Assembly (NCBI RefSeq): GCF_004010195.1
Contig: NC_057718.1
Span: forward strand, 62,092,981-62,156,980
Origin: Chiloscyllium plagiosum
Lineage: Eukaryota
Reading direction: 5' to 3'
DNA: 64,000 bases
In this document: positions 24,076 through 39,969 of the stretch, in pieces
How the letters are laid out: each line of letters opens with the position of its first letter
How positions within the stretch are numbered: position 1 is the first letter of the stretch
The notes under the pieces: generated by a model
The model's database searches: none
What the model saw: only the letters and a program-made list of their open reading frames with translations
Told to the model about the DNA's origin: nothing
Program-made: the position numbers and the translations under genes

Positions 24076-24524
24076 TCATGGTGAAAGCATTGTTTAGCTT
24101 TGATAGCTTACTTGTAAATAGTTTAAGCAGCTGCTGTCACAAAAGTAAGTTTGTTTTCTGCAATTGAGTGCAAGCTTAATTTCAGATATTCAATAAAATT
24201 AGTGTTTTCCCTAATGTTATTTACAATAAAGAGCAATGAGGCTGCAGCTGGTAACCTGAAAGGGCTCTTTTCAAAGGGAGCATTTGATTGTTAAATGTTT
24301 TTGTATTAAAAGGCTTCTAGTATGATTTATATTTTAGTTAATTTTATTTAAATTACAAAATTAAATTTCTAAAGTAGACTTCTTAAAGAATTGGAGAAGC
24401 CAGTAAAGTTGTAAATTGGTTAAAAGAAATCTATTATTTTGCTGAAATAAACAGTACAGATATATTTGAACTCATCAAAAAGAATATTTAGTTATTGGGT
24501 GTGCATAATTCCTGTACCAAGTAG

Positions 24525-24716
<192 letters not shown>

Positions 24717-24789
24717 TAAACTCTTTAATGCAATTGTCAAACTTACTGACCTGAAAAAAATGTTTGCACTTTTTTGGGTGCCCACATAA

Positions 24790-25011
<222 letters not shown>

Positions 25012-25999
25012 TGATAGGAACTCCTTAATTCATATGCTTAAATACTCAGCCTTACCATTCTAAATCTTTAGCATATTTGATGTGATTCGTTTGCATAAAG
25101 TTTTGCATGCTCCATATTTGAATTAGAAGTTGATCATTGCTTTGTCTCTCTGGCAAATTTAGATTCTTTTTATTTAATTGCTGTTTCCATGGACACCATC
25201 TCACTCCCTTAAAATCTGTTTTTACACCCCTACCTTCACACAAGTTTACTTTCTACCTCCAGCTATTTCGGTTACTTCATATATGAATCCCAGAATGGCA
25301 TCCATACTATGTGTTGTTCCTCCATGCTGTTTGTCACACAACTTTACCACCTTTTTTCCTATTCCAATTTTGAAGACAAGCCGTTGAACATGAAACATAA
25401 AACTGTTTTTCTCTCCACAGATGTTTCCAAGTACTGTAACATTTTCTGTTTCATCTCAAATTTCCAATGGCCACAGTAATTTTGCTTTTATCTTTCCCTA
25501 TTATCTTGCCTCCATCCTTCATAGGAATTCTATCATGGAAGAGAAATCCTAACCATCTAAAACTAAACAGCTAGAGTAATAACTCCATTTCTTGCCCTGT
25601 GTAGTCATTTCCAGACCCTCTTTCTTTGCATATTACACTCTTCTCTCTCTTGCTGTAGCATTCAATTCCATACCACTGAGCACTGCACAGCCACTATCTC
25701 TGAACACTGTAGTGATCTTTCTGTAGATTTAAACACTTATCAGATAAAACTGTAACAAAGCTTTGTCTTTGCTTTGCTTTTTGTCTTTTTCTGAATCTGT
25801 CATTGTATTTCACTATAAACTTCGGAATTCCTGTTTCCAGCTGGGGCTTGTTGGGGTGGGCAATGCAGAACCTCTGAACTCTGAGCTGGAGCTGAACTTC
25901 AAGAATACCTGTTAAATGATTGAAAAGTTGTTTGCTTCCATCCTCTGCTCAATTGTCGCTGTCTTTTAATTACACTTTTTTTTAAAAAACCTTGATTAT

Positions 26000-26890
26000 T
26001 TGTAACTTCACATTTACCCTGGATAAGCCTTTTTCTAAAAGTTATCTGCCCATACATACCATGTCCCTATGTTTATTGGCACTCATCATTTAAAGAGTAA
26101 ATTGGTGTTCCTCAGTGTCTCAATCAGGGTTCGGCAATATCTTTGGTTGAGTAGATATGTGTTACATGGAAGCAGTCACTCTCTTGGTCCTGATAGATGC
26201 CCAGTCTGCCTAGGGATACCTGGGAGAGTAAGGTGTCTCAAAAAGTTGAATAACACCTAAAGCTGACTGTTTGTTTCATGCTGCTCCTGTGCAGTAGTAT
26301 TATTGGTGATGTTTGTCACTAACTGGTGGCTGCCAAAAAGACCTCTGCCTATTGCTCAAATTATTAATGCACTGTATAATTTCTTTGCCAGTGTAATGCT
26401 TTGTATATAGGCTAATTATCCCAAAGACTAGTGAATCTTAGTGATAACTTTTGGCTGATTGCACTTAGCCAAGGTATTTAATGTACCTAACTAGCACACC
26501 CTTGCAAAATCTGTAAAATAGGGTATAATATTATTATGCTTCTGCAATTAGACAATATTTACTGGATAACCCCGCATGTGCGAAGAATTTCACTGACACG
26601 CAATTTAGGATTGAGTCGAATTGTCAGCTTGGTGTACTTGTATGTATGAGAAGCCTAATTTTGTAATACACCTACTAAGCCTGGCAGTTATGAATGAATC
26701 GGTATTAAGCGCATATTTTCCATGGGAATGCCTCTGCCAGTGTCCACTTGCCAGTTAATCCGCATCCTTCACTCGTGCAGTATAAATGTTTGTTTGTTTT
26801 CCCCTTGAATTGGTACTTTTCACAAATGTCCTGTGGGAGATGAAAAGTTTTTGACAAAATGTCTTTTTTTTCAGCAGTATTCAAGTTCTA
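26000..26890 (+). mobile_element. Degenerate Penelope-like element (family D), GIY-YIG region and tail
   Basis: GPDRCPVCLGIP, CQCNALYIG and SAIRQYLLDNPACAKNF remnants; tail related to 6070-6160 (minus). Confidence 0.65.
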
Positions 26891-27299
26891 TACTATGAAA
26901 TTTTTTTTAAACATATTGACTATAGATATTGGAACCTGATACAACTTTATTTTCCTTTTGTTTCACAATGATGTTTCATAAATAGATTGAGAACAAATTT
27001 CTACTTTAAAATGACCATTTGCCAAAGCAAGACTTTCCCATTTTATTTTTTTTTACATGCCACTGAACTGAAATCAGTAACTTAAAAATTGATTTCCCCA
27101 TCCTCTCCACCCTTGTTTATTTTTAAGACTTTCTTTTTTGTGTATGAGTAAAGGAGCAGCCTTACCTAGAATTTCATGTTTTTGACCTCAACCCTTGTCT
27201 GTCCGTAATAGAAAAAATGTGAAGGCTGCCCAGTTATATTGAGATGTTAATAATTGTAATTCATGGTCCACATCAATCTTCTGTCTTTTGATTTTGCAG

Positions 27300-27353
27300 G
27301 CTGTTGAAGATGCATTTGTTCCAGTTATAAAATTCGAACTTGATAATATTGAG
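27300..27353 (+). CDS. PAPOLG: PAPOLG exon 6
   Basis: ttgcag| AVEDAFVPVIKFELDNIE |gtaaaa. Confidence 0.97.
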
Positions 27354-27476
27354 GTAAAATTTCCCTTGCTAATATGATTGCACATATTTGTAAAGAGTAC
27401 AGTGTACCTTTCTGTTTATTTACAAAAATTATAGTCTCAATTGCATCTATGTAATTTAAATGTAGGCTATCGTTGA

Positions 27477-27695
<219 letters not shown>

Positions 27696-27795
27696 TAATG
27701 GGTGTATCTGTTCTGTTCCAGATGTTTCCTAATAAACCGACTAACAAATGTTTCATGACTTCTTTTACTTAACTTCACCAACTTATTTTAGTAGT

Positions 27796-27980
27796 AAAGT
27801 CGCCATAGTCCTAGCAGAACATAAGGCTGTTCTCTTTTTGAGAGATAACTGCTGGTGGTTTAGCCTGAAGGTCACCACTCCTCAGGCAAAGGGAGAGTGG
27901 CAACCTCCACTGGTGCAGGAATTGAATCCACACTCAGCATCACAAACCAATCAGCCATCCATCCAACTGATCTAAATAAA
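27796..27980 (-). mobile_element. tRNA-derived SINE, family unassigned
   Basis: ggaattgaatcc (B box on the minus strand); similar to 594-775. Confidence 0.6.
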
Positions 27981-28190
27981 CCAATACTAAGTCATTCAAC
28001 ATTTAAATAAGGAAGGCTTAAACAAGAGTTCACATCGGTTTTGTAGCATTATGGAGTAGCCAGTTACAAAATCTGACTTTTCATACTTATTACATGAACG
28101 CAACATTAACTTGGCGTAAATTTTGGATAGTTCAATACCTGATTATGAATATTTGCATTTTGTTTAAGAGTTGCATTTAATACAACTTAA

Positions 28191-28304
<114 letters not shown>

Positions 28305-28374
28305 TAGTACAGATACTTTTATTTACAAATTAATATGCATACAGATGTTAAAAGAATGCTGAATGCTACTGTAA

Positions 28375-28527
<153 letters not shown>

Positions 28528-29274
28528 TAAGTAAAACTGTTGGGAACTTGCAACAGATGTTATCGCAGAAAGTTATTGTATGTTTTTTTTTCTAGTTTTA
28601 TTTTAGAGGATGAATTATATAAAATTTTTCAAGTATGTATTTTGATGTAAAAGAAAAATGCTGTAGATGTTAGGAATTTGAAATGAAAAAGTGGCAGTAT
28701 TCAGCTGGTCTGTCAGCATCTGTGGAGAGAGGCACAGAGTTAACGTTTGTGTTGTATATATTAACTCTTCTTTAGAGAACCATGTAGTCAACTCGGTGTT
28801 AACTCATTGTTCCTCTCTGCGTAGATACTACCCAGCCTGTTGAGCGCTTCCCTGTTCAGTTTCCATGTGTGGAATAGATTACGTGCAGAACACACTAAAG
28901 GCAGGACTCCAGGAAAACTCTGAACAAGTGAAAAATTGTCATGTAATAGCAAAAATAGCATTTTTGGCTAATGGTAGTGACATTGAACGTATGCATTTAA
29001 TTTTGATGTCCACAAGTAACATCTACGGTAAAAGTTTATATAAAAAGACAACTTGTTTGTTCTGAGCTAATGTGCTAATATTCTAAAGATGTTTTTATTC
29101 AATTTGAGCATCCAGGTAACAGAAGAAGTAAACAAAAAAAGTCCTCAGTATCCTGTGCTGTATTGTTCTATGTTCTGTAACAACACTGAAAGCAGTATTC
29201 CAGTGCAGACATTTGTATTGTCGTTTTATCACCATTTTAACTATACTATTTTTCATTTACTCTGAAAATCAGTA

Positions 29275-29425
29275 CAGGGAAACCTCGATTATCTAAACGG
29301 CTTGGATGGGGAGCAGGGAGTATTTTGTTCGGCTAATTGAATGTTCAGATAACAGTTTAGCCAAGCATTGGGTCCTTCAGATCTTATTCGGGTACTTCGA
29401 AATTCAGATAATAGAGGTTGCTCTG
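29275..29425. mobile_element. MITE, Tc1/mariner-pogo (Tigger-like)
   Basis: TIRs CAGGGAAACCTCGATTATCT / AGATAATAGAGGTTGCTCTG (3 mismatches in 20), flanked by TA on both sides. Confidence 0.85.
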
Positions 29426-29857
29426 TATTGCAATGTCATGACTTTGGAATAGAAGTTAATGCAAAACTAAACCAAATTCCAGTTAATTCTTGTTTAATTT
29501 GAATATCTGATGTGCATTTATAACATTTTAGTGGATTCTGATCTGAGTTGAGAGGTGCGCTGGACAAATCCAGGCATGCAGTACAGGACTGCTATCACCG
29601 ACTAGAAATCCAAGATAGTGTTAAACCTAACCTTAGCCAGTATTTTAAGGATTCTTTGAACCTCCTTAAAACTTTTGTAAACCTACATTAAATTGCTCCC
29701 ACCTATTTTATAACTGTCAATCTTTAAAATTATATATGGAAGAGTGTGCCCTGGTGCCTGTTGGCATAAAGTGCTCCCTTTAGCAAGAGGGCCAGACAAT
29801 ATAAAGGGATATTGCCTGGCTGCAACAGAGAGCAGTTACCGTTGTGTATGAATTTAA

Positions 29858-30037
<180 letters not shown>

Positions 30038-30067
30038 TGATTAGTATTCAAATTATACCCAATCTGA

Positions 30068-30322
<255 letters not shown>

Positions 30323-30708
30323 TGAAGGAATCTTTAAGTCAACACATTTAATCCTTCTAAAAAGGATTTGAGAATTTGTAACTGTCAACAGCAATATTAT
30401 TTTGTGCAGTAATGTCACTCATTATTTTAGAAAGTTGACCTAACATTTTACTTTTCAAAAAAAAATCTATTGGTATTGCACTTAACCTTAATGAATAATG
30501 ACAGTAGTGTTCACATGTACGTCTTTCTTGGTTCCTTACAGTCAACATTAGGCATGTATGAATTCCCACAGGTTGTTGAGCTTTTTTTCAGTTTAGTAGC
30601 ACTGAATACATGAAATGAAATTCTGCAAGTTACGTCATAGTTGTCTTTTTAAGATGCTTTCTATTATTTGTACTATTAAGTTGTGGTTTTATTCCATTTC
30701 CATACTAA

Positions 30709-30813
<105 letters not shown>

Positions 30814-32993
30814 TAAGTATATGCATGCTTCACAATGTCACCTACATTCTTCTTTCAATTTGTTTCTGTAGAAGTCTATCCCAATTTGGCAAACTATCTA
30901 TCTGAGAAACTTTGGATTTTAAACCAATACTGATTAAGTTTTTTTTTCCCCAATACTAATGTGATGCAACATTGGTCAGGAGCATTTAGTATTCCAGTGT
31001 ACTGCCAATACTGGATCCTCTTTGTCATTGTCAAAGGTAGACTGTTGAAACTGTGTATTTCTATATCCAGCACCAGCTATCCCATGATCAGTATTATTGG
31101 GTGTACATTGTATGTGTATCTGCTGCTAATATGGGTAGCAATCCTTGTGCATGATTCTATTGGTTCCTAACAAAAGTCATAGTGACCAAACCCTCCTGCC
31201 ACTTCAATTCTGTAGGGATCATTGGATGTTATTTCACAGGTGCCAAAAATATGAAAATGTTTTCTGTTTTGAGCCACCAATACATTTTTAGTTCATATTC
31301 TCAAAAGTTGAAGATCTCCGAGTTCTGCTCTGTACCTACGATATAGTTGTTGTTTCATTCCACATTTTTTTTTCTTCCTGTATCTGTTACATTCTTTTGA
31401 ACTGTGAAACTACTTTAGATATTTTCTCAATTATTGGCCATTCCCATAAGTGTGCATGTAATCTGGAATGCACTTTTTCCTACAGAACATGTAATTACAT
31501 CTGCTGATTTATAATGCAGCACGCCTACTTCATATAGCAACACCCCAATTATGTAATGCATGTTGCCTCATGAATTCTACATGTAATGAAAAGGGTGCTG
31601 AATAAACCCTATATTGAGACAATGAACAAAGCAAAAGCTGTGAAGTGACTTATTTACAACAATAAAAAGCATATTGTGAAATGTCTTTTTCTTAATCCAG
31701 AATGAAAGTACTCTATTGGGGTGAGGGGAGATTGCAGTTGGATTTTCTAGCTGTGAGGTAATTTTGAGAAGTGAGCTATGACTTGGTATTCTCTGGAGAT
31801 TAGAGCTGGGTAACCAAAAATAATACCTAATGGGTGAGGCCTCAAAATTCAGCTTCCTGCAGTAGAACAAGTTCACTGAATTGTTGGTGTGAGAAAATAG
31901 CAGTACCTTCTATAAGAAGGTGAATTTTCTGTTCAACAATTTTTAAGAAAAAGGGCTCATACTGAAGCAATGTGAATGGTTAATGTTGAAGAGCTGAATG
32001 TTTGTGCTTCAGGTGAACAGATTGTGAAATGAGGTGTTGGTAGGTTGGTCAGTTGAAAAACCTCTGGGAAGCTACCACATTAGCATTGTTCTGAACCACT
32101 GGTGTCTTATTGATGTTTACACAATACATCCTGGATGAAATTTGAATGAAATAAAGCTGCTGATGACAGCAGCTCAAAGGCTAAATCTAGTGAGCAAGAA
32201 TTTGAGAGGTGGCAGTTGAAAGACCATTGATACTACAGTGGTGCCACATATGTTCTGGGAATGTTGCTGGAACAGTTGAAATTTAGCTTGGTATGACTGA
32301 GTGTTTAAGGTGAATGTCCTCTGTTTGAATGCCATTTTGTTTTTTGTTTTTTTACTACATGATTTATTTTTTTCTTCAGTTCAGCAGTAAAATATTTTAA
32401 AGTGAAACGTTGGCTGTTGATTCCTGTCATTTGAAGATTTAATATCATTGGTTGTTAGTGGGATTGAAACGGAATATTATCTCCAAAAATCAGAATTTAA
32501 ATAAAGAATATGACAATTGGAGGCCGTTGGGTTTATTAAGTCCATGCTGTCTCTGTAGAGCAATTCTTTGAATGTGGTCTAATAATCTTAAATAGTTTTT
32601 TTTTTCTCTTGCGCACTCTTTCTTGTCCATAGTTATAAAAAATAAAGATTCAACTTATAACTTTTATTTCTTTTTGGGAAACCATCTTTTTGTTTATGAC
32701 TAGCCTGCTGAATATGTGCTCCGTATCAGTAACTGCCTCATGTTTACTGCTCATTTTGTGTGATAAGAGTGAAGCTCATTTAATGAGTTGGTACCTAATT
32801 TTGAAAATTGTAATTAAGACAGTGTTTATGATTTGGAGTTATTTCAGTGCACTAGAGCTTTTAAGCACTTTGCTTTTTTTGGGAAAAGCAATGAATGCTT
32901 CATAGTGAGGTTGTTTTAACTTTTATTTTGAAATATTGTTTTCTAATGTTCTTGACTAAACAACATTTGAAATCAATCTTTCTTTGTTTATAG

Positions 32994-33047
32994 GCACTAC
33001 ATTGTATTAACAGCAAGTGCATCCACTGAAGAACATCACTTAGAATG
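32994..33047 (+). CDS. PAPOLG: PAPOLG exon 13
   Basis: ttatag| HYIVLTASASTEEHHLE-W |gtaaat. Confidence 0.97.
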
Positions 33048-33092
33048 GTAAATAATCCAGTAAAAAATGACTTACAAGGATACTGTCAATAT

Positions 33093-33429
33093 TGGCACGG
33101 TGGGGTGGCACGGTGGCATGGGGTAGCACGGTGACACAGTGGTTGGCACTGCTGCCTCACAGCGCCAGAGACCCGGGTTCAATTCCCTCCTCTGGCAACT
33201 GTCTGTGTGGAGTTTGCACATTCTCCCCGTGTCTGCGTGGGTTTCCTCCGGGTGCTCCGGTTTCTCCCACAGTCCAAAGATGTGCAGGTTAGGTGAATTG
33301 GCCATGTTAAATTGCCCGTAGTGTTAGGTGGATTAGTCAGCAGTAAACATAGCGGGGTGGGTTGCTCTTCGGAGAGTCGGTGTGGACTTGTTGGGCCGAA
33401 GGCCCTGTTTCCACACTGTGGGGAATCTT
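33093..33429 (+). mobile_element. HE1-type SINE with a reiterated 5' GCACGGTG motif
   Basis: A and B boxes, V domain, tail gggccgaagg.cctgtttccacactg. Confidence 0.93.
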
Positions 33430-33770
33430 AAAAAAATTGCAAGATCATTATCAATTCAAGCGAAATATCACACAGCTGAGTCTTTCTCTTGAATGTGGTG
33501 TAATAAGCTTAAATTTTGGTGATTTTCATAAAGACTGTGGGAGAAGAAAAATCCGGAGATCAAAAGATGATGGTCACTACAAAATGAGATAAGGAGTTCA
33601 GAAGAAACTTCTTCTCCTGCAGAGTAATGCTATTGTGGAACAATGTCCCACAGGTTGAGGCAGATGTGATAGATGCAATTAAGGAGATGTATGATAGGAT
33701 GTGGTGAAGAGAATGTAAGGTTGCCAGATGGGAAAAGGCTTGGATGAATGCTGGACATTGATGCAGCTAG

Positions 33771-33980
<210 letters not shown>

Positions 33981-35969
33981 TAAGTTAGGTTTTTCATTGA
34001 CTTAAATCCTTTATATTTTAAACATGGTAGAGCTGATGTTTAACTGGTTTGAAATTAGCTGGTTAAAATCACCTATAACTTTGTGTACAATTTAACAAAT
34101 ATTGGAATCGATGCATGATGATAGTTGTAAACCTGAAGGTGTACTACATATGAATTTTTTTTGTAGAAATTTGAAGGAATGTTTTAATCACTAACCCAGT
34201 TGCAGCACTCCAATACTGAGACTAATTTGAAGATGCTAAAGTAACTGGTATATTTTTGTTTTAGGTATGTCTATATCAGAGCACAAATCATAGCAGACAT
34301 AGATGTAATTTGCATCATTCGAATACAAACACTCTCTTTCAATTTCAAATTTAATTTTAATCTTTACAGTCAACATAGACTCTTCCTTATGATGGCTAAG
34401 AAAAATTGATACTTCACTAGTATGTCTGTGCTTTGTACTAATTTGAAATTACTCAGTATCCTAACCACATAGGCATCTGGAGGTATTAGTTGAGAATGAT
34501 TTCTGTTAAATGTTGTATTGAACGTTAAAGTGAAAGAAGCCATTGTATTTTCAGTAAATACATGATTTGGTTTATATGCTTTAGTTATTGCAGATCATAT
34601 CTGCTAGAAGTTGTTCTTTAATTAAACTTCCAAAAATCTCCACAGTTAATTATTTAAGCTGCATTTAACCTCAAAAACATGTTAAAAATTGCATTTATTA
34701 GCATCTCTATAGAAGAAAAGTACACAACACCAGATGTGTAGCTAAAACAAAATCACCCAATTACAAGTTTTGATTTTGACTTTTTTTTCTATGTTTCACA
34801 TTTGTTCCATTTGGCCTAATCATCCCTTGTACACTAATTTTTAAAAATTCATAGTTTTTGCTGACAATTTTCAGCAGGTATACTGGAGCAATGATGACTA
34901 AAAGCCTTGATCTTCAGTCTTATGCTTAAGATAAGACTACAGAAGAGCTTACCAATTGGAATTCTTCAAAAATCTTTAGCTACTCTAAAGTATGATGGTA
35001 ATCTGCAGATCTTACAAACTGAATCAGCAAGTTGTAGGTATCTTGCAAATCCTATTTGGAGGGTAGGAGAGACTTTGGCAATGGCTTGCAATACAACCAT
35101 GCTTTTAAAATGTAGAACTTTGAGTTTGTAGATAATTTTTAAAATCATTACTTTCATTAATGTACTAATACGGATTTTGCATCTTTTCATGATTCATATT
35201 GATGTGGTTCTGAACCTTTTATTGTGTCACAACATTATTCAAATTTAGCTCCTGTACCACCACTACTTCTTAGTTCTAAAATTGCTAATACATGTAAGTC
35301 ACGCTGAGGGAGTGATTAGTTCTTCCTGTCATTAGAACACTTCCTGAAGATGGTAAAAACAGAATCCTTTGAATAAGGTAGAGGTGGATTTGTTTTTTTA
35401 CTAAGCAAGGGGGTGAAAATTAATTGTGAATAGGTAAGACTGTGGAGTAATCTGATCAGCATTAATCTTGATGAATGGTGGAGTTGCTTTGAGAGCACAA
35501 GTGAGCACCATTTGCTTCTAATTTGTATCTGTGGTCAAAATTGTGAATAATCTCAACTAGTGTAGACCAAAGTATGGATATTACCCTATAGAAGTTTCCA
35601 AATTAATATTTTTGGAACAGGGTGTCAGTATTGTGGATACTCAGTAATTCAGATGAAAAGTGTAGACTATTGAGTAAGCTGCATAATTCCATTTACTGCC
35701 ATGCTCAGCAAGTGGATACATCTGAAAATTAGTTCTATTGCATTTCTGTTAACTAACGGCAAATTGACCAGCTTCTTTTTCAAAATTCCTGTGACTTTTG
35801 ATGTCAATTCATCATTCTTCTCAAATATGTGCTTCAGTGATGTACTGGGGCTTTGTGTAAAGTTCAGCAGAAATTAGGCACCTGAAGAAAAGTTGTTGTC
35901 TGGAGGCTGAACAGAATGTGCGTTATTACAGCCTGATGCTTTCTGAAATACTATAATTGTTTGCCTCTG

Positions 35970-36200
35970 CACCTAAAGGGGCAACTTTTTCATGCAGAGG
36001 ATGGTGCGTGTATGGACTGAGCTGCCAGAGGAACTGGTGGAGGCTGGTACAATTACAACATTTTAAGAGAATGAGTACATGAATAGCAAGGGATATGGGG
36101 CCAAGTACTGGCAAATGGGACTAGATTACTATAGGATATCTGGTGGGCATGGACGAGTTGGACTGAAGGGTCTGTTTCCGTGCTACATATCTCTATGACT
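35970..36200 (+). mobile_element. CR1 3' end
   Basis: ggggcaactttttcatgcagagg...ctgtttccgtgctacatatctctatgact. Confidence 0.9.
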
Positions 36201-36649
36201 TGATTTTCAAAAGTTTAATTTAGAATTTATATTTTGTGGGATTGAATTTTACATCGGGATAGGGAAGTATACTGCAAGTTTGAGAAAGACTTACTTGCTT
36301 CAGTGACATGCTCCAGGTTACCTTTTGGTGGTGAGAGTTAGACTTCAATGGAGGAAGTCCCACCCTGGAGAGCTGAAGCCCCAGAAAGCTAGTGGGCAAT
36401 GCTGGAACTGCAAGTGGATCCATACATGCCAGACCCAGTAAAAATGACCAGGGCATTTTCAGTGTGGAAGCACTGAGGAGCCAATGCATGTAGGACTAAA
36501 TCCCACCCCCAGTTGGAGCCAGGTTGCAGGGTGGGTGGCAAGATTCTGGGCCAGTTATCCAACTTATTACATGCCATTCTCCACTGAGCGAGCACCCTGC
36601 AATGTGGCATAAAATCAAGCTGTTGCACAAAATGAGAATAGTTCCAGTC

Positions 36650-37300
36650 TAAGATGGCAGCGGAATGGAGCTTCTGTGCTGGAGTATGTCCGCTCTGACA
36701 ATTTTTCTTCTCCCTCTCTTTTTTTTCTTTTTGATTTAATTACTTGTCCTGATCTTGGACAGCTCTGGTGGCAGCAAGAGCTCAGCACGTAGACCTTAAG
36801 CCAGACCTAGGGTGCTGGTCTCGAGCCAGGCTGGGGGCACAGGAGAGTGCCCCCTCATTTACTTTTCCAGAGACAGCACAGGACCTGGAATCGGTAGCTG
36901 CTACATTGGCAGAGGCAACATCAGCAAGGTAAGCCCAGTGGCAAAAGATGGTGCCCAAGGATCAGCAACTTTGGTTGGGTCTGGCACTGCTGGTGGCAGA
37001 TCGTTAGTGGAAGGGCATCACAGCAACATCTGTGAGGTGGACCCAGCGGCGAGAGACATGACTCTGACGTTAGTTGATCTGGCACAGGATGGTGGTGGAT
37101 GGCGCCTGAGGATCAGAGACTTGGATATTTGTTGGGTCCAGTGTGGACATTGGTGAAGTGGTTACAGAGGGATGATGAGCTGACTTAGAACTAATGGACT
37201 CTCTTCAAGTTATATTTTTTATCCCCCCTTATTTTTAAATTATTCAAATTTGTGCTTTTCACTATTTTATTATATTGCTGTAAAATACATAACAATAATG
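36650..37300 (+). repeat. Probable non-autonomous retroelement (AAGATGGC start, LINE-like cttttcact...acaataat tail), family unassigned
   Basis: GC-rich island with a sharp start and a tail-like end; no second copy in the window. Confidence 0.35.
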
Positions 37301-37609
37301 GGAAAGTCATATAGTTTTCTATAAAAGGTTATAATTATAGAACTCTTGGTGATCAATAAGGCTTCAAAATGGTGAGAAGAAATTGCCAAATTGATTATTG
37401 GACCTGTCTTGCCATTGTCAAATACAGATTTTTGACAATTTTGTCCGAAGCTTTTTCTACCATAATTAGGATTATGAATTCTGATGTATGCTGTCCTGTG
37501 GGCTGAAAGGCTTGTGCACTCTGCAAAGGTATTTCAGAGGATCATGAGAATCATCCCTTGAGCTTGTTTTGCTATCAATCAATTTAACCTGTACCTCCAT
37601 TTCTGCAGG

Positions 37610-38493
37610 CATCCGTGTTCAGGGGCCCCTTTTGTTCAAATGTATATCACCGACTTGCATGAACAATTTAGTTGTAAATCCAAATTTGCAAAAGGTACCA
37701 GGTTAGGATGCACAATAACTTTTTTAGGTAAGAGCAGAACAGTGCATAGACTTATCTTATGAGGATGACTGACAGATGAAATTCAATTTGGAGACATGTA
37801 ACATCATCCACTTTAGATCCAAGCAACATAAATCAGGAAGTCTTCTAATCAATGTGAGACGAGGAGCAAAAAGACCTGACTTATCCATAAATTGCTCAAG
37901 GTTAATGCACCAGTACAAAAGGCAATTGCAAATGAAAGGAGTGTTGGTCTTAACTTCCAGGGAGTGCAGACAGAATTTGGTCAGATCCCAACTAGCACGT
38001 TGCTTTAAATTTTCAACACTTATACTTTGGGAAGAATATATTGATTTTGTGAATGGAGATTCAGCAGAATTATGCTATTATTTGCCTCCTCAAGCTCTGA
38101 TGACAAGTTACGTAAACTTGTTTAATGTTCCTTGAGTAAAATTGAAGAGAGTTTTAATTGACATGTTTTAAAAGATTAAGTATTCAATAGGGTAGATGCA
38201 GGAAAACCTGCCTTTTGGTGGGTGAAGCCAAAGCAAGGCTATTTATGGGAGAAATTAGGAAGCTTTTTTCTTAAACTTTGAATTCAGCATTCTGAAAGGC
38301 CATGGCGAATGGATTTGTTGGAAATCTCAAAATAGTTTTTTTGTTAGGCAAGGGATATGAAGCAATGGCTAATAAATGGAATTGAAGTACAGGGCATTCA
38401 TTACCTAACTGGCCAAACAGGTTCAGTGGACTGTTTGTAAAGCATCATGTGTCGGTACAGTCTTGGTGGGTCAAAGGGCCTGTTCCTGTGCTA
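37610..38493 (+). mobile_element. Old CR1 RT/3' fragment
   Basis: QMKFNLETCNIIHF motif (ORF 37776) and degenerate tail. Confidence 0.65.
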
Positions 38494-38494
38494 G

Positions 38495-39969
38495 TCAGGT
38501 GAGGTGACGGAAGACTGGAGGTTGGCAAATGTGGTGCCACAGTTTTAAGAAGGGCGGTAAAGACAAGCCAGGGAACTATAGACCGGTGAGTCTGACCTCG
38601 GTGGTGGGCAAGTTGTTGGAGGGAATCCTGAGGGACAGGATGTACATGTATTTGGAAAGGCAAGGACTGATTAGGAATAGTCAACATGGCTTTGTGCGTG
38701 GGAAATCATGTCTCACAAACTTGATTGAATTTTTTGAAGAAGTAACAAAGAATATTGATGAGGGCAGAGCAGAAGATGTGATCTATATGGACTTCAGTCA
38801 GGCATTCGACAAGGTTCCCCATGGGAGACTGATTAGCAAGGTTAGATCTCATGGAATAAATGGACAACTAGCCATTTGGACACAGAACTGGCTCAAAGGT
38901 AGAAGACAGAGGGTAGTGGTGGAGGGTTGTTTTTCAGACTGGAGGCCTGTGACCAATGGAGTGCCACAAGGATTGGTGCTGGGTCCTCTACTTTTTGTCA
39001 TTTACATAAATGATTTTGATGCGAGCATAAGAGGTACAGTTAGTAAGTTTGCAGGTGACATCAAAATTGGAGGTGTAGTAGACAGCGAAGAGGGTTATCT
39101 CCGATTACAACAGGATCTGGACTAGATGGGCCAATGGGCTGAGAAGTGGCAGATGGAGTTGAATTCAAATAAATGCGAGGTGCTACATTTTGGGAAAACA
39201 AATCTTAGCGGGACTTATACACTTAATGGTACGTCCTCGGGAGTGTTGCTGAACAAAGAGATCTTGGAATGCAGGTTCATAGCTCCTTGAAAGTGGAATC
39301 GCAAGTAGATAGGATAGTGAAGGCGGTGTTTGGTATGCTTTCCTTTATTGGTCAGAGTATTGAGTACAGGAGTTGGGAGGTTATTTTGCGGCTGTACTGG
39401 ACATTGGTTAGGCCACTGTTGGAATATTGCGTGCAGTTCTGGTCTCCTTCCTATCGGAAAGATGTTGTGAAACTTGAAAGCGTTCAGAAAAGATTACCAA
39501 GGATGTTATCACGGTTGGAAGATTTGAGCTATAGGGAGAGGCTGAACAGGCTGGGTCCGTTTTCCCTGGAGTGTCGGAGGCTGAGGGGTGACCTTTATAG
39601 AGGTTTACAAAATTATGAGAGGCATGGATGGGATAAATAGAGAAAGTCTTTTCCCTGGGGTGGGGGAGTCCAGAACTAGAGGGCATAGGTTTAGGGTGAG
39701 AGAGGAAAGATATATAAAAGAGACCTAAGGGGCAACATTTTCACGCAGAGCATGGTACATGTATGGAATGAGCTGCCAGAGGATGTGGTGGAGGCTGGTA
39801 CAATTGCAACATTTAAGAGGCTTTTGGATGGGTATATGAATAGGAAGGGTTTGGAGGGATATGGGCTGCCATGCTGGCAGGTGGGACTAGATTGGGTTGG
39901 GATATCTGGTTAGCGTGGGCAGGTTGGACCAAAGGGTCTGTTTCCATGCTGTACATCTGTGACTACTAT
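38495..39969 (+). mobile_element. CR1 (HER1-like) LINE, 5'-truncated, well preserved RT
   Basis: PGNYRPVSLTSVVGK..SQHGF..DVIYMDFSQAFDKVPH..GVPQG.VLGP..FAGD, then 3' tail. Confidence 0.96.

Noticed and set aside
31590..32660. Several AATAAA hexamers in intron 12 as intronic poly(A) sites
   Set aside because: Expected by chance in very AT-rich sequence; no independent support
36238..36622. Possible Harbinger-type MITE (gggattgaattttac ... ataaaatcaagc)
   Set aside because: The terminal inverted match is too degenerate and no clear TSD is visible
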